A stretch of 46,259 nt of DNA from Methanobacteriota archaeon. Lineage in GTDB: Archaea > Thermoplasmatota > Poseidoniia > Poseidoniales > Poseidoniaceae. The stretch's first letter is position 1. Each line of letters starts with the position of its first letter. The stretch spans positions 1 through 46,259 of the forward strand of contig JABIUA010000173.1 of NCBI GenBank assembly GCA_018667575.1. Reading direction: 5' to 3'. Positions 35,726 through 45,418 of this stretch are shown here, piece by piece. The position numbers and the translations under genes are program-made. A model generated the notes under the pieces. That model searched no databases. It was not told where the DNA came from and saw only the letters and a list, made by a program, of their open reading frames with translations.

Positions 35726-36679
35726 TTAGACCAAATCAGTATATTGTTTTGGTGCTCTGGCTTGAACTATTGTACGATATACTCCAAAAATAGACCAAAG
35801 CATTATCATCAAACATAATAGCATTATTCCCCACGATTGCGATGAATCGATAGACCATGCGAATAGTAGAACTAAACCAGCAGATAACAATCCTCTGCGA
35901 AGTCCTTGTGGTACTGCCAATCTCATGTCGAGGTGAGGAGGTCCACCGCCAAACTTTCTCTCATAGAATTCTCCCTGTACGACTGCTCCGACAATGATTA
36001 TTGCTAAAGTGGTCCAGTAGAATAGATTTCCATTGTTAAAGAAATCTTCCGCAATTCCTTCTTGCCTAGCAGCTTCTACTGCTTCAGGATTTTCAACTGC
36101 TACAAATAAAGCCTCATAATCTCCAACGCTAATTGTTCGAACCGCCAGTGAATCTTCATCATCTTGGTATGTCGTATCTGGTGAACTGATAGAGAAGGAC
36201 AAAATATTCCATAAATCTCCTTCATCAAACTGACCATTACCGTTAACTGCATTACCTACTAATTGGAAGCTGACCTCACCTATGTCAGCATCGGGAGCGG
36301 TCCAGAATACTTCCCAGTCGTTGCCAACTGCGCTCTGTGAAACAGCACCGGGTTCTTCCGGTACCGACGTGCTTCCCTCCCCCGGGGTCAATGTTCCTGA
36401 ATTGTAATCCCATAACAGGTAACCCCCTTCAGAGTTTGATGCATGTTGAAGGCTGATTGTGAAATTGTAAACTTGACCAACTTCATAGGCTCTTGGGACA
36501 CCGGAAATTGACACAACAACTTCAGTCGAAGGCGCACCACCTCCGTGGCATGAACATCCGGTTTCTACAACCAAGTCATCACCATTTTTCCATGGAGGAC
36601 CACCTGGCATAGCCAGAGCAGGGGCAATAAGAAGCACCGTAAACAAGAGAATCAATATTTGTGGAGAACGTCGCAACAT
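35726..36679 (-). CDS. Exported protein with an N-terminal RR-containing signal, a beta-rich domain and two C-terminal TM helices; function unknown
   Basis: The start is set at the ATG at 36679 (MLRRSPQILILLFTVLLIAPALA) because TGGTGA-N4 precedes it. The ORF track starts 14 codons upstream with no SD. The C-terminal helices are YWTTLAIIIVGAVVQG and LLSAGLVLLFAW...IMLLCLMIMLWSIFGV. Confidence 0.5.
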   Translation of the reverse strand: MLRRSPQILILLFTVLLIAPALAMPGGPPWKNGDDLVVETGCSCHGGGAPSTEVVVSISGVPRAYEVGQVYNFTISLQHASNSEGGYLLWDYNSGTLTPGEGSTSVPEEPGAVSQSAVGNDWEVFWTAPDADIGEVSFQLVGNAVNGNGQFDEGDLWNILSFSISSPDTTYQDDEDSLAVRTISVGDYEALFVAVENPEAVEAARQEGIAEDFFNNGNLFYWTTLAIIIVGAVVQGEFYERKFGGGPPHLDMRLAVPQGLRRGLLSAGLVLLFAWSIDSSQSWGIMLLCLMIMLWSIFGVYRTIVQARAPKQYTDLV

Positions 36680-36736
36680 AACCTCACCAATATATTCCAA
36701 CTGCTGCATGCCTTTGAACATTGCTTATTTTATTGT

Positions 36737-38158
36737 CTAAATCTCTTTAATAGAGTTATTCAGTTGAGTAATCATTTTCTTACCATCGCCAAACAACATC
36801 ATTGTTTTATCCATGTAAAATAAGTCATTATCTACACCAGCATAACCAACTGAAAGTGAGCGCTTGACAATAACCACAGTTCTTGCCATGTCAGCATCGA
36901 TGATAGGCATTCCAGCCAACGGCCCTTCGCCAGACCTAGCAGCAGGATTAGTAGTATCGTTGGCTCCGATAACCAATGCAACATCACAATCAGGGAATTC
37001 AGAGTTAATTTCATCCATTTCAATTAATTGCTCGTAAGGAACATTTGCTTCAGCAAGTAGTACATTCATGTGGCCAGGCATACGACCGGCCACCGGGTGA
37101 ATTGCATAACTGACTTCAGTATCGAATTTTTCTTTCATTAGGTCGGCAAATTCTTTGACCTGATGTTGGCATTGTGATACCGCCATGCCATATCCAGGTA
37201 CGATAATGACTTTTTGTGCACCATCTAGCATCATTGCCACCTCGTCGGAGTCAGAACCAACCTTGGTTCTTGTCAGAGATTGCTTTTCTCCACCGCCACC
37301 AAATGATTTGAAAAGCACATCTAGTAATGTTCTATTCATCGCCTTACACATGATAAATGTCAAAATTAATCCGGATGCTCCGACTAGGGAACCTGCAACA
37401 ATCAATACAGAATTGTTGATGATAAATCCTGTAAAAGCAGCAGCAATTCCGGAGAGCGAGTTGAGTAATGATACTACTACAGGCATATCAGCGCCACCAA
37501 TTGGCAATACCAGTATGATTCCTAATAATCCCGAAATCGCGATTAGAGAGTAAATATATTGCTTATTTGTCGGGTCATCAATACTCAAGTAGATCAAAAC
37601 TGCAGCAGATATTAGAAGTAAAATTTTGACACCGTTGAGCCAACTTGGGCCCCATGTAGGAGTTTTAATCCACTTTCCAAATACACTTATTCCACCTTTC
37701 AACTTGTACATTGCAAGCAATGAACCGGTTAATGTCATCCATCCTACTACTGCAGAAAGTCCAGCAGCAACCATTGTAACTGTTAGTTGAAGCCCAGTTG
37801 GAATATCTCCACCTTCTAGATACTTCCAGACTTCAGATAATGCCACCAGAGCAGATGCAGCACCGCCAAACCCGTTAAACAATGCAACTAATTCAGGCAT
37901 TCCAGTCATTTGCACCTTTGCTGCCATCCAGTATCCAATAAGAGAACCAATAACCAATCCAGCAATAATCAATGTCCATTGAGCTCCGCCTTCAAGTTGC
38001 ATGTCAAGTACTGTAGTTAGTACTGCGACTAACATACCTAGAGCACCTAATTGATTTCCTCTTGGAGCAGTTCTTGGATGTCCAAGTTGCTTAAGTCCAA
38101 AAATGAATAGTGCTGCTGAGAGCAAATAGCCCATTGAAGTCCAATCTCCAAACTCCAT
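36737..38158 (-). CDS. pntB: NAD(P) transhydrogenase subunit beta
   Basis: YAIHPVAGRMPGHMNVLLAEANVPY and GANDTTNPAA are present, and the N-terminal half is multi-TM. The start is set at the ATG at 38158 (MEFGDWTSMGYLLSAALFIF, aligning with the E. coli PntB N-terminus). It lies 1 nt after the pntAB stop and AGGTG lies upstream. Confidence 0.9.
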   Translation of the reverse strand: MEFGDWTSMGYLLSAALFIFGLKQLGHPRTAPRGNQLGALGMLVAVLTTVLDMQLEGGAQWTLIIAGLVIGSLIGYWMAAKVQMTGMPELVALFNGFGGAASALVALSEVWKYLEGGDIPTGLQLTVTMVAAGLSAVVGWMTLTGSLLAMYKLKGGISVFGKWIKTPTWGPSWLNGVKILLLISAAVLIYLSIDDPTNKQYIYSLIAISGLLGIILVLPIGGADMPVVVSLLNSLSGIAAAFTGFIINNSVLIVAGSLVGASGLILTFIMCKAMNRTLLDVLFKSFGGGGEKQSLTRTKVGSDSDEVAMMLDGAQKVIIVPGYGMAVSQCQHQVKEFADLMKEKFDTEVSYAIHPVAGRMPGHMNVLLAEANVPYEQLIEMDEINSEFPDCDVALVIGANDTTNPAARSGEGPLAGMPIIDADMARTVVIVKRSLSVGYAGVDNDLFYMDKTMMLFGDGKKMITQLNNSIKEI

Positions 38159-38159
38159 C

Positions 38160-38471
38160 TCAAGCACCTCTTCTCTTCTTTCCAGCAATCATATTCAACA
38201 TTTTATTAGTTACGGCAAATCCACCGACCACGTTAATCATGGCTAATACAACTGCAATAAATGCAAGAATTCCTGAAAATGCAGTATCTCCTGCTTCATA
38301 GGCCACATTTGAACCTATCAGAGCACCAACAATGCTTATTCCTGAAATTGCATTTGCACCACTCATTAACGGGGTGTGCAATGTTGCAGGGACCTTCGTG
38401 ATCAACTCAAATCCTAAGAATATAGATAGTACAAATAAAGTTAAGCTTCCAATTAATAATTCTGGCGTCAT
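38160..38471 (-). CDS. pntAB: NAD(P) transhydrogenase subunit alpha part 2 (membrane segment)
   Basis: The 103-aa protein has 3-4 TM helices and the motif SGANAISGISIVGAL. An ATGA start/stop overlap joins it to pntAA, and GGGTGA-N4-ATG is present. Confidence 0.85.
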   Translation of the reverse strand: MTPELLIGSLTLFVLSIFLGFELITKVPATLHTPLMSGANAISGISIVGALIGSNVAYEAGDTAFSGILAFIAVVLAMINVVGGFAVTNKMLNMIAGKKRRGA

Positions 38472-39631
38472 TCAATCACCCCTGCTAGTCGTGTTTGCTT
38501 ATGATGAATTTCTCCATCCTTGCAAATAAGGACTCCACCCATTCCTCCAACATAGAAGTCAGACCCTTCAGGTGCTCCAACCAATATGTCGTCTTCTTCT
38601 GAGATTACAACATTGCCTTCATCAACTAGTGAAGAAATAAAAGTTGTAAGATTATTCGAGTATAACATACTCGCCGTATTTGCCAATGTTCCTGGTAAGT
38701 TAGAGGTTCCAACAATAATCACTCCATTTTCGGTTGTGATTATTTCTCCTGCTACAGTACTTTCACAATTACCGCCAACATCTGCGTTCATATCCACTAC
38801 AACTGCACCAGATTTGAATTGTTCGACCGCGCTAGTCGGGACTGTAATTGGCGCAGGTCTGCCAAAGATTCTCGCAGTCGTGATGATTATGTCTGCGTCC
38901 ATAGCAACTCCACAAACGGTATCGTTCACCTTTTGAATGAATTCAGGAGTAAGAGGTTTGGCATATCCAGATTCATCTTCGAAATCATCCATTCCATCTA
39001 CTTCGATAAATCTTCCACCAACGGATTCAATTTGCTCCGCAGCAGATTTTCTAACATCTGATGCGTAAACAACTGCTCCGAGTCTCTTGGCTGTTGCAAT
39101 TGCCTGTAGGCCTGCAACTCCACTACCCATTACTACTACCTTTGCTGGTCTTACTGTACCAGCCGATGTGGTCATCATAGGGATTCCTCGAGGAACATTT
39201 GCCGCTCCGAGAAGAACGGCTTTGTATCCGGCTAGATTGTCTTGGCTAGAATTTACGTCCATTGATTGTGCTCTTGAGAGTCTTCTAGGTATCATATCCA
39301 TCGACATTAAAGTGACCTTTGCTTCTATACATTCTTTGACACTTTGGGGATTTCGAAATGGGTCTGAGACACACGTCAAATTTGTACCAGTCTTAATACC
39401 ATCAAGTCCAGGATAGTTTATACAGATTATATTTTCACATTCCAGTGCCTCTTTTCGCGAAACAATTTTCGCACCAAGTTCTTCATATTGAGAATCTGAA
39501 TAGTTTGCGTTTATACCTGCTCCTTTTTCGACTAGAACTTCAAAACCTGCTTTAGTCAATTTCTTCATACTTCCAGGAACTATCGCAACTCTTGATTCAT
39601 TTTCTGGTTCTTTAGGGACTCCAATTCGCAT
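38468..39631 (-). CDS. pntAA: NAD(P) transhydrogenase subunit alpha part 1 (NAD(H)-binding, alanine dehydrogenase-like)
   Basis: The N-terminus is MRIGVPKEPENESRVA. The Rossmann motif is VVVMGSGVAGLQAIATAKRLGA. The length is 387 aa. Confidence 0.9.
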   Translation of the reverse strand: MRIGVPKEPENESRVAIVPGSMKKLTKAGFEVLVEKGAGINANYSDSQYEELGAKIVSRKEALECENIICINYPGLDGIKTGTNLTCVSDPFRNPQSVKECIEAKVTLMSMDMIPRRLSRAQSMDVNSSQDNLAGYKAVLLGAANVPRGIPMMTTSAGTVRPAKVVVMGSGVAGLQAIATAKRLGAVVYASDVRKSAAEQIESVGGRFIEVDGMDDFEDESGYAKPLTPEFIQKVNDTVCGVAMDADIIITTARIFGRPAPITVPTSAVEQFKSGAVVVDMNADVGGNCESTVAGEIITTENGVIIVGTSNLPGTLANTASMLYSNNLTTFISSLVDEGNVVISEEDDILVGAPEGSDFYVGGMGGVLICKDGEIHHKQTRLAGVIE

Positions 39632-39647
39632 AGATTAACACCTTCAA

Positions 39648-39669
39648 AAGCCGCAAAGTCTTGTGGCTT
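39648..39669. promoter_or_regulatory. 9-bp stem hairpin (AAGCCGCAA-AGTC-TTGTGGCTT) in the pntAA 5' region, next to its SD
   Basis: The inverted repeat was read directly and has one G-T pair. It lies 17-38 nt upstream of the pntAA ATG on the minus strand. Its function is unknown. Confidence 0.25.
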
Positions 39670-39764
39670 ATTTGATGCCAATAAGAGGAGGTTTTTAGAT
39701 AAGACGCTCAATTTATGAATATTTCCAGTTGCAAAAATAATTCGACTAGACCATGTTACTTATG

Positions 39765-39774
39765 GACGGCCGTC
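39765..39774. promoter_or_regulatory. Perfect 10-bp GC-rich palindrome GACGGCCGTC upstream of mdh
   Basis: The palindrome lies 29-38 nt upstream of the mdh ATG, inside an otherwise AT-rich 171-nt divergent intergenic region. It is a candidate operator or 5'-UTR hairpin. Confidence 0.2.
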
Positions 39775-39802
39775 TATACGCCGATAATAACGAGGATTAG
39801 TC

Positions 39803-40741
39803 ATGAGCGGTTCAAGGAGAAAAATTGCAGTTATCGGAGCAGGAAATGTTGGTGCCACATGTGCATTTGTTTTAGCACAAAAGAAGTTAGGCGATATTGT
39901 ACTACTGGATATATACGAAGGTTTTGCCAAAGGTAAAGCTCTAGATATGTCACAAAATGGACAGGTTTTGAATTATGATGGTAACTTAACCGGAACTTCA
40001 GATTACTCCGATATTGCAGGGGCTGAAGTTGTTGTCGTGACTTCTGGATTTCCACGTCAACCTGGTATGACTCGTGAAGATTTAATCGCCAAGAATGCTG
40101 GTATTGTAAAGCAAGTTGGTGAAGGAATCAAAGAGCATGCCCCGAATTCTACAATTATCATGGTCACAAACCCACTGGATTTGATGACTTACCATATGCA
40201 AAAGGTAACAGGCTTCCCTGCCAACCGCGTTTGTGGACAAGCAGGAGTCTTAGATAGTGCAAGAATGACACACTTTGTCGCTGATGCAATAGGATGTTCT
40301 GAAGAAGATGTCCATGCAATGGTACTCGGAGGCCATGGCGATACTATGGTACCACTTCCTAGATTTACAACAGTAGGTGGCATCTCAATAACACATTTAT
40401 TGGATGAAGAAACGATCGATGCAATTTGTAAGAGGACCGCATCAGGTGGCGGCGAAATCGTAAAATTATTGGAAAGAGGTTCTGCATTCTACGCTCCAGG
40501 TTCAGCCGCCGCTATCATGGCAGAGGCTGTATTGAATGACCGTAAGAGAATGATCCCTGCTTCCGCACACCTAACTGGGCAATATGGGCTCGAAGATGTA
40601 TACATCGGGGTTCCTGTAATTCTTGGCGCAGGTGGAATCGAGAGAATTATTGAGCTCGATCTGACAGAAGATGAATTATCAAGTCTACAAGAGTCTGGTA
40701 ACTTCTACAAGTCGCAACTCAAAGAACTTCTAGGTTACTGA
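39803..40741 (+). CDS. mdh: Malate dehydrogenase (LDH-like, NAD-dependent)
   Basis: KIAVIGAGNVGATCAF, VVVTSGFPRQPGMTREDL and GGHGDTMVP are present. The length is 312 aa. Confidence 0.9.
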   Translation: MSGSRRKIAVIGAGNVGATCAFVLAQKKLGDIVLLDIYEGFAKGKALDMSQNGQVLNYDGNLTGTSDYSDIAGAEVVVVTSGFPRQPGMTREDLIAKNAGIVKQVGEGIKEHAPNSTIIMVTNPLDLMTYHMQKVTGFPANRVCGQAGVLDSARMTHFVADAIGCSEEDVHAMVLGGHGDTMVPLPRFTTVGGISITHLLDEETIDAICKRTASGGGEIVKLLERGSAFYAPGSAAAIMAEAVLNDRKRMIPASAHLTGQYGLEDVYIGVPVILGAGGIERIIELDLTEDELSSLQESGNFYKSQLKELLGY

Positions 40742-41439
40742 TTCAACATCACTAAAGAGAATTGATCCCCCTTAGTGGTGAATTTATCCGAATTTGCATC
40801 ACTGCTCGGTACTCTTCGAAGAATTTTAAGGCCTTTATTTCGAGTACGCATCCTCGTTAGAATCTCTTGACCAGTGTAGCATCCCTTGGAATCATGAACA
40901 AATAAATCCAAACCACAGGAATAAGGGATAGTTCCTCTTTTGATCTCGAAACCATACCATGGGATTAGGTTATCAATCCTCCAATCATGAAATTCTGAAC
41001 TCATTTTTTCACATTCGATTTCTAACTTTTTTGCAGCGACCATTAGTATGATTTTTTCACTTACTCTTGCCTGTGTCACATCATTGATAGTATTACACAT
41101 TCCAACTTCAATGTCACTGTATTCTTCATATGAAACGATGACATCATTCAATTCTGAAATATCAGTAATATTAACGTCACTCTGTAATATTCTTGGAGTG
41201 ATAAAATCTAACATAGCCTTGTAATTTGGTCTATGACCCAAAACTGCTAGGAATCCACCAAGGTTCATTATTGACACGAAATCAATTATTTTTGCATTTT
41301 TATCCAGTATTGCACTTTGTATGACTTGCTTTTGCTTAAGATTAGCAACCAAATTGGAACTTATTCCATCAAGGAATGATTGACAATCTTTTCCTCTCCA
41401 AATAGTGATGTAAGAATCACTAAACGCCACCTTGGGCAT
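40735..41439 (-). CDS. YgfZ/GcvT-family folate-binding protein (Fe-S cluster repair/assembly-associated)
   Basis: The C-terminal motif SKGCYTGQEILTRMRTRNKGLK matches the YgfZ signature KGCY.GQE. It is adjacent to an A-type Fe-S carrier. Confidence 0.6.
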   Translation of the reverse strand: MPKVAFSDSYITIWRGKDCQSFLDGISSNLVANLKQKQVIQSAILDKNAKIIDFVSIMNLGGFLAVLGHRPNYKAMLDFITPRILQSDVNITDISELNDVIVSYEEYSDIEVGMCNTINDVTQARVSEKIILMVAAKKLEIECEKMSSEFHDWRIDNLIPWYGFEIKRGTIPYSCGLDLFVHDSKGCYTGQEILTRMRTRNKGLKILRRVPSSDANSDKFTTKGDQFSLVMLNQ

Positions 41440-41448
41440 ATTAAAGCC

Positions 41449-41829
41449 TCAAGAAAATGATTCGCCACAACCACAAGATGATTGCGCATTTGGATTATTA
41501 ATCTTGAATCCACCGCCCATTAAACGGTCTTCATAATCAATTTGTATTCCGTTTAGGAGATGGCTCGATGAGTTAGGAATTAGAACTCTAAAACCTTCAA
41601 TACTAACCTCTTGACAATCGATATCTGTAGTCTCAACAATTTGTAAATCATACATATATCCTGAGCATCCACCAGACAGAACGCCTACGAGTAATGCCAT
41701 TGAACGATCATCACCAAAAGCATCACCTAGCATTTTAACAGCATTATCTGATATAGTCAAGTCAACATCAACAACTTCAGGTTTATGCATTTCCAGCGGA
41801 GCACTGGTTTCACAAGTACCACAATCCAT
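41449..41829 (-). CDS. A-type iron-sulfur cluster carrier (IscA/SufA/ErpA, HesB family)
   Basis: GGCSGYMY and the C-terminal SSCGCGESFS are present. The ATG at 41790 is an alternative start. Confidence 0.8.
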   Translation of the reverse strand: MDCGTCETSAPLEMHKPEVVDVDLTISDNAVKMLGDAFGDDRSMALLVGVLSGGCSGYMYDLQIVETTDIDCQEVSIEGFRVLIPNSSSHLLNGIQIDYEDRLMGGGFKINNPNAQSSCGCGESFS

Positions 41830-41883
41830 GGCTGTGCTATCAGGTTCTCACCTATGAACCTGTGCTTGTTTTGGCTTTTATTT

Positions 41884-43239
41884 TCACTCTTCACAGATTA
41901 TTTCATAGAAGCAGGAGCAGTTTTTTACATCACTACATTCACGTTTGCTAGTAGTTACTTTTATCCCATGACGCTCTAATAATATTCCACTGAGAACACT
42001 CTCATCTAAGTCGCAAAATAACTTCGATGAATTAGGGTTTCCACCACAAGCAGAACCATCTTTGACTATGACCTTAGTCGGTGGAAGAGAATCGATTTCT
42101 ATATTACCCATCCCCATGTCACTCCATTCCTGAATAATCGTTTCCCAGAATTTAGAATCATCAACTATGTGTTGCAGTTTGACTGCCAACTCTTGACCTA
42201 TCCTTGTTCCAATATGCTCGAATAATATGGTCGAATCTATTCCTAGAGCGGATAGAGATTCACTCTCTACATTAGTGCCAAACTTAATCTCGGAACCATT
42301 TTTACTTAGTGTTGCATTGCTGGTTGATTTGACGGTATTACCTTGTAATAATGAGTTTCTAAAATGTTCATAGAAGGAACCTTCTCCCAAACTTAGGCGC
42401 AATGGTTCGGTCATAACTCCATCTAAAATTTTACTACGAATAGATTTGTAAGACTTCGCTGCTTTCCACTGAATTTTTAGTAATTCGCTTTGAGCAGTCA
42501 ACAACATTCCGGATTCAATTAATATTGCAGTATCTTCTTTTCCACGCCCACTAGGTGTGTCTTCTGTATGGACAAATTGAATACCTACTTCTTCATCAAC
42601 AAATACCCCGTTCAAATTGAAATCTTCATGATGGCGAATCTCAATTTTATCATCTAGTGAGTCGAAAAATCGTATTGTTTTTTTATCAATACAAGCGACT
42701 ATTTTAATCTCAACTCCTCGGCTTAGTGCGTCAGCAATTGCTTTTTTAGCTCCCGAACGCAATACATGCAATATACCCCATCGCCCTAGTAATAGCCAAA
42801 TTTGTTTCTCAGACTCTGCTACAACTGATTCAATAGTTGCCATTATTGTATGTCTATCTTTTAGTACTGAGAAAGTATCTTCTTCTGATGATTGGTCAAC
42901 GGACATAATTGCTATTTCAGAATTCGAACTAAGATTTTCTAGATTATGCTGGATTCTTCGTAAATCCATCTCTCTTATTCGAATTATTTGCTGAAATACT
43001 TCTTCTATTTTCATTCCAAAAAAGCGAATCGGTTTGTCCAGTGTTGCTTTAACTAGGCCTTGTTCTTGTAATTTCCTAAGAGAATTATATGCATCCATTC
43101 TTGATATTCCAACTCTCTTACCAATTTCGCTTGCTTTAGAAGGTGGGTGACAGGCCAAGTCAATGATAAGTTTGGCATGCTTTTCTTCTAAACCCGCCTC
43201 GATAAATTTCTCAATTACTTGGTCATTAGAATTCGGCAT
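41884..43239 (-). CDS. TrmB-family transcriptional regulator with a C-terminal V4R-like Cys-containing sensor domain
   Basis: The N-terminal wHTH is GLEEKHAKLIIDLACHPPSKASEIGKRVGISRMDAYNSLRKLQEQGLV. The C-terminus GSACGGNPNSSKLFCD...LSGILLERHG...ECSDVKNCSCFYEI fits the V4R Cys pattern. Confidence 0.6.
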   Translation of the reverse strand: MPNSNDQVIEKFIEAGLEEKHAKLIIDLACHPPSKASEIGKRVGISRMDAYNSLRKLQEQGLVKATLDKPIRFFGMKIEEVFQQIIRIREMDLRRIQHNLENLSSNSEIAIMSVDQSSEEDTFSVLKDRHTIMATIESVVAESEKQIWLLLGRWGILHVLRSGAKKAIADALSRGVEIKIVACIDKKTIRFFDSLDDKIEIRHHEDFNLNGVFVDEEVGIQFVHTEDTPSGRGKEDTAILIESGMLLTAQSELLKIQWKAAKSYKSIRSKILDGVMTEPLRLSLGEGSFYEHFRNSLLQGNTVKSTSNATLSKNGSEIKFGTNVESESLSALGIDSTILFEHIGTRIGQELAVKLQHIVDDSKFWETIIQEWSDMGMGNIEIDSLPPTKVIVKDGSACGGNPNSSKLFCDLDESVLSGILLERHGIKVTTSKRECSDVKNCSCFYEIICEE

Positions 43240-43249
43240 TGTATCACCT

Positions 43250-45418
43250 TCAATTCTTTTGTTTCTTGATTTGTTCTTTTAATAGAATGTTACAACGTCG
43301 TATCTGATCTTTGGTTCTTTTCACTTCTTCCTTATTGAGGCCTCTAGGTATGGCTTGTTCAAAACACTTAATCGAATCTTGGTATCTCTCCATTTCAGCG
43401 TATGCTGTCCCCATATTGTAAAGAGTCTTACCTCTGACATCTTCAGGGCGAATAAGCATAGCCTGATGATAAGATTCTACACAAGCTGGGTAATTTTCAA
43501 GATAGTAGAATGCATTACCTCTTCCGTTTAGTATTCGTATTACCATTTCATCATCATTTGCGAATGAAGGTAGCGCCCTATCGAAACAAGATAATGCTTC
43601 ACTATATTTACCAGCCTCAATCAATGCAACTCCTTGATTATACCATGAAATATCCTGATTCGCAATTGAGTTTGATACAGGATTTTTGAATTGTTCAGAA
43701 ACCAGTGAATTTTGTTGTACGTCTAAGGCAGCTTTAGCCAAATCAACCTGTGGATTGGAAACTGGCTCAACAACAGCAGGTACTTTTTCCACAGGTGTCA
43801 ATAACAGTTCATTGGCTGAATTTTGTTCTTCAATATTAACAGTAGTAGCAGGCGCTGGTTGATGAATCGGTTCAACAATTTCTTGCTGAGTAGGTTCTGG
43901 TGTTGGCTGAGGTTGCACAACACTACCAACTTGTTCCAATGAGTCTGCTTTTATCCTACATCTCTCTGAAGTTTCCATGTCACCTGCAGCGCTTAGAGAT
44001 TTAGACAATCCGCGCCAAAGAATCGGATTTGTTTTCTGCGTCTGAATCAGTGATTTCCAAATAGTAACAGACTCCACATGGTTATTCATTGCTGAAAACG
44101 CTCTAGCGTGCAATTCAGTCTGCCCTGTCCCTAGTAACCCAAGTGCATTAGCTGCAAGTTCGGGTCCTTCTGGCAATGTTGGCGGGAGTCCACTGGCGAG
44201 TTCCAATACTTCAGATTCGCCTTCAGCCAATTCGATTAGTGTGATAATCAATTCCATTTTAATTGGATTGTCAGGTTCTAATGTAGCAACGAGAGTTGCT
44301 GCTGTGAGATATCCTTCAATATCATTGATTTGTCGTGATGTTTCGCTCCATTTGATTGCCGCTTTGAGATAGTTTGCATCTTCTCTCAGTGCGTTTGCAT
44401 AACAGGTTCCCGCTTCATCTAAATATCCAACTCTTTGCTTTATCGATCCCAAATTAAACCATCCTTTGGCGCTAGAAGGATCTAATTTCAGTGAATGTTC
44501 AAGAGCAGATATAGCGTGCTCATCAAGATCTAATCTAGCCATTGCTCCACCTGCAATTCTCCATGATGGTGCGTGATTTGCTGCTTCTGTCTTGAGGTAT
44601 GGTTTTAGTGATTTGAGTGCAGATGCAGGGTCTCCATTACGAATCATTTGAGTTGCTTCTTCGACTAGTAAGTCTAGGTCAACAGTTGTTGGTTTTGTCT
44701 CTTGAACTACATCTTCTGCCTGCATAGTCGGTATTTCTTGTGGTATCGATTGTGTAACAGGTTGTACAAGTTCAATTTTTTCCTGAATATCTTCAGTTGC
44801 AGCAACCACTTCAACAGCAGAACGCAGTTCGTGGATGTCTAGATTTTGGTTATCATCCATATCGTGATGAACCGCTTCTTCTAGTACAGCATTCATATCC
44901 GCAACACCAGCTTCATCCATTGCCTGTTCCATATCTTCTTGATTGAATGAATCAGTAGAAACGACCTGAGTCATTTGTTCCATCGGTTTCGTTTCTTTAC
45001 TTCCCGAACACCTTTCTCTAACTTCCAATATGGCAGGATGCCCTGGATAGAAGTTCAACGCTCTAGTTGACATGTCATATGCTGCGCTCTCATCTCCTAT
45101 TCTTTCAAGAAGAATACAAAGATTAGCAGTAGCAGGAGCATGATTTGGATTGACATCAAGACATATCTGGAATGCTTGTCTCGCACCCCTTGCGTCTTGT
45201 TGCGCCTCTAGTAAAACTCCTCGGTTAAACCAAGCCATATCACATGATGGGTCTAGGGATATCGCTTTGTTAAAGGCTGATAACGCACCTTTTGGGTCAT
45301 CATTTTTGGAGCATTCTTCGCCAATCATCAACTGTGACTGAACTTGAATTTGAATCTCATCGACATCGTTTACATCGCCCGCGATTTCGCTAACACCATC
45401 GTCATACATGTCGTTCAC
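43250..45418 (-). CDS. TPR-repeat protein (722 aa) with a central acidic/Pro-Gln-rich linker
   Basis: Multiple TPR-like units are visible (GALSAFNKAISLDPSCDMAWFNRGVLL, ARQAFQICLDVNPNHAPA, AISALEHSLKLDPSSAKGWFNLGS, ALSCFDRALP, CVESYHQAMLIRPEDVRGKTLYNMGTAY). I found no TM segment. Confidence 0.7.
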   Translation of the reverse strand: MNDMYDDGVSEIAGDVNDVDEIQIQVQSQLMIGEECSKNDDPKGALSAFNKAISLDPSCDMAWFNRGVLLEAQQDARGARQAFQICLDVNPNHAPATANLCILLERIGDESAAYDMSTRALNFYPGHPAILEVRERCSGSKETKPMEQMTQVVSTDSFNQEDMEQAMDEAGVADMNAVLEEAVHHDMDDNQNLDIHELRSAVEVVAATEDIQEKIELVQPVTQSIPQEIPTMQAEDVVQETKPTTVDLDLLVEEATQMIRNGDPASALKSLKPYLKTEAANHAPSWRIAGGAMARLDLDEHAISALEHSLKLDPSSAKGWFNLGSIKQRVGYLDEAGTCYANALREDANYLKAAIKWSETSRQINDIEGYLTAATLVATLEPDNPIKMELIITLIELAEGESEVLELASGLPPTLPEGPELAANALGLLGTGQTELHARAFSAMNNHVESVTIWKSLIQTQKTNPILWRGLSKSLSAAGDMETSERCRIKADSLEQVGSVVQPQPTPEPTQQEIVEPIHQPAPATTVNIEEQNSANELLLTPVEKVPAVVEPVSNPQVDLAKAALDVQQNSLVSEQFKNPVSNSIANQDISWYNQGVALIEAGKYSEALSCFDRALPSFANDDEMVIRILNGRGNAFYYLENYPACVESYHQAMLIRPEDVRGKTLYNMGTAYAEMERYQDSIKCFEQAIPRGLNKEEVKRTKDQIRRCNILLKEQIKKQKN

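Noticed and set aside
36542-36559. GCSCHG as a c-type heme attachment site
   Set aside because: The motif is C-x-C-H with one intervening residue. It is not CXXCH or any longer spacing I know to bind heme covalently. I kept it only as a noted Cys/His cluster.
39715-39936. 73-aa Cys-rich ORF starting in the pnt-mdh spacer
   Set aside because: It overlaps the mdh N-terminus in another frame. mdh has an unmistakable Rossmann start at 39803 with a GAGGA SD.
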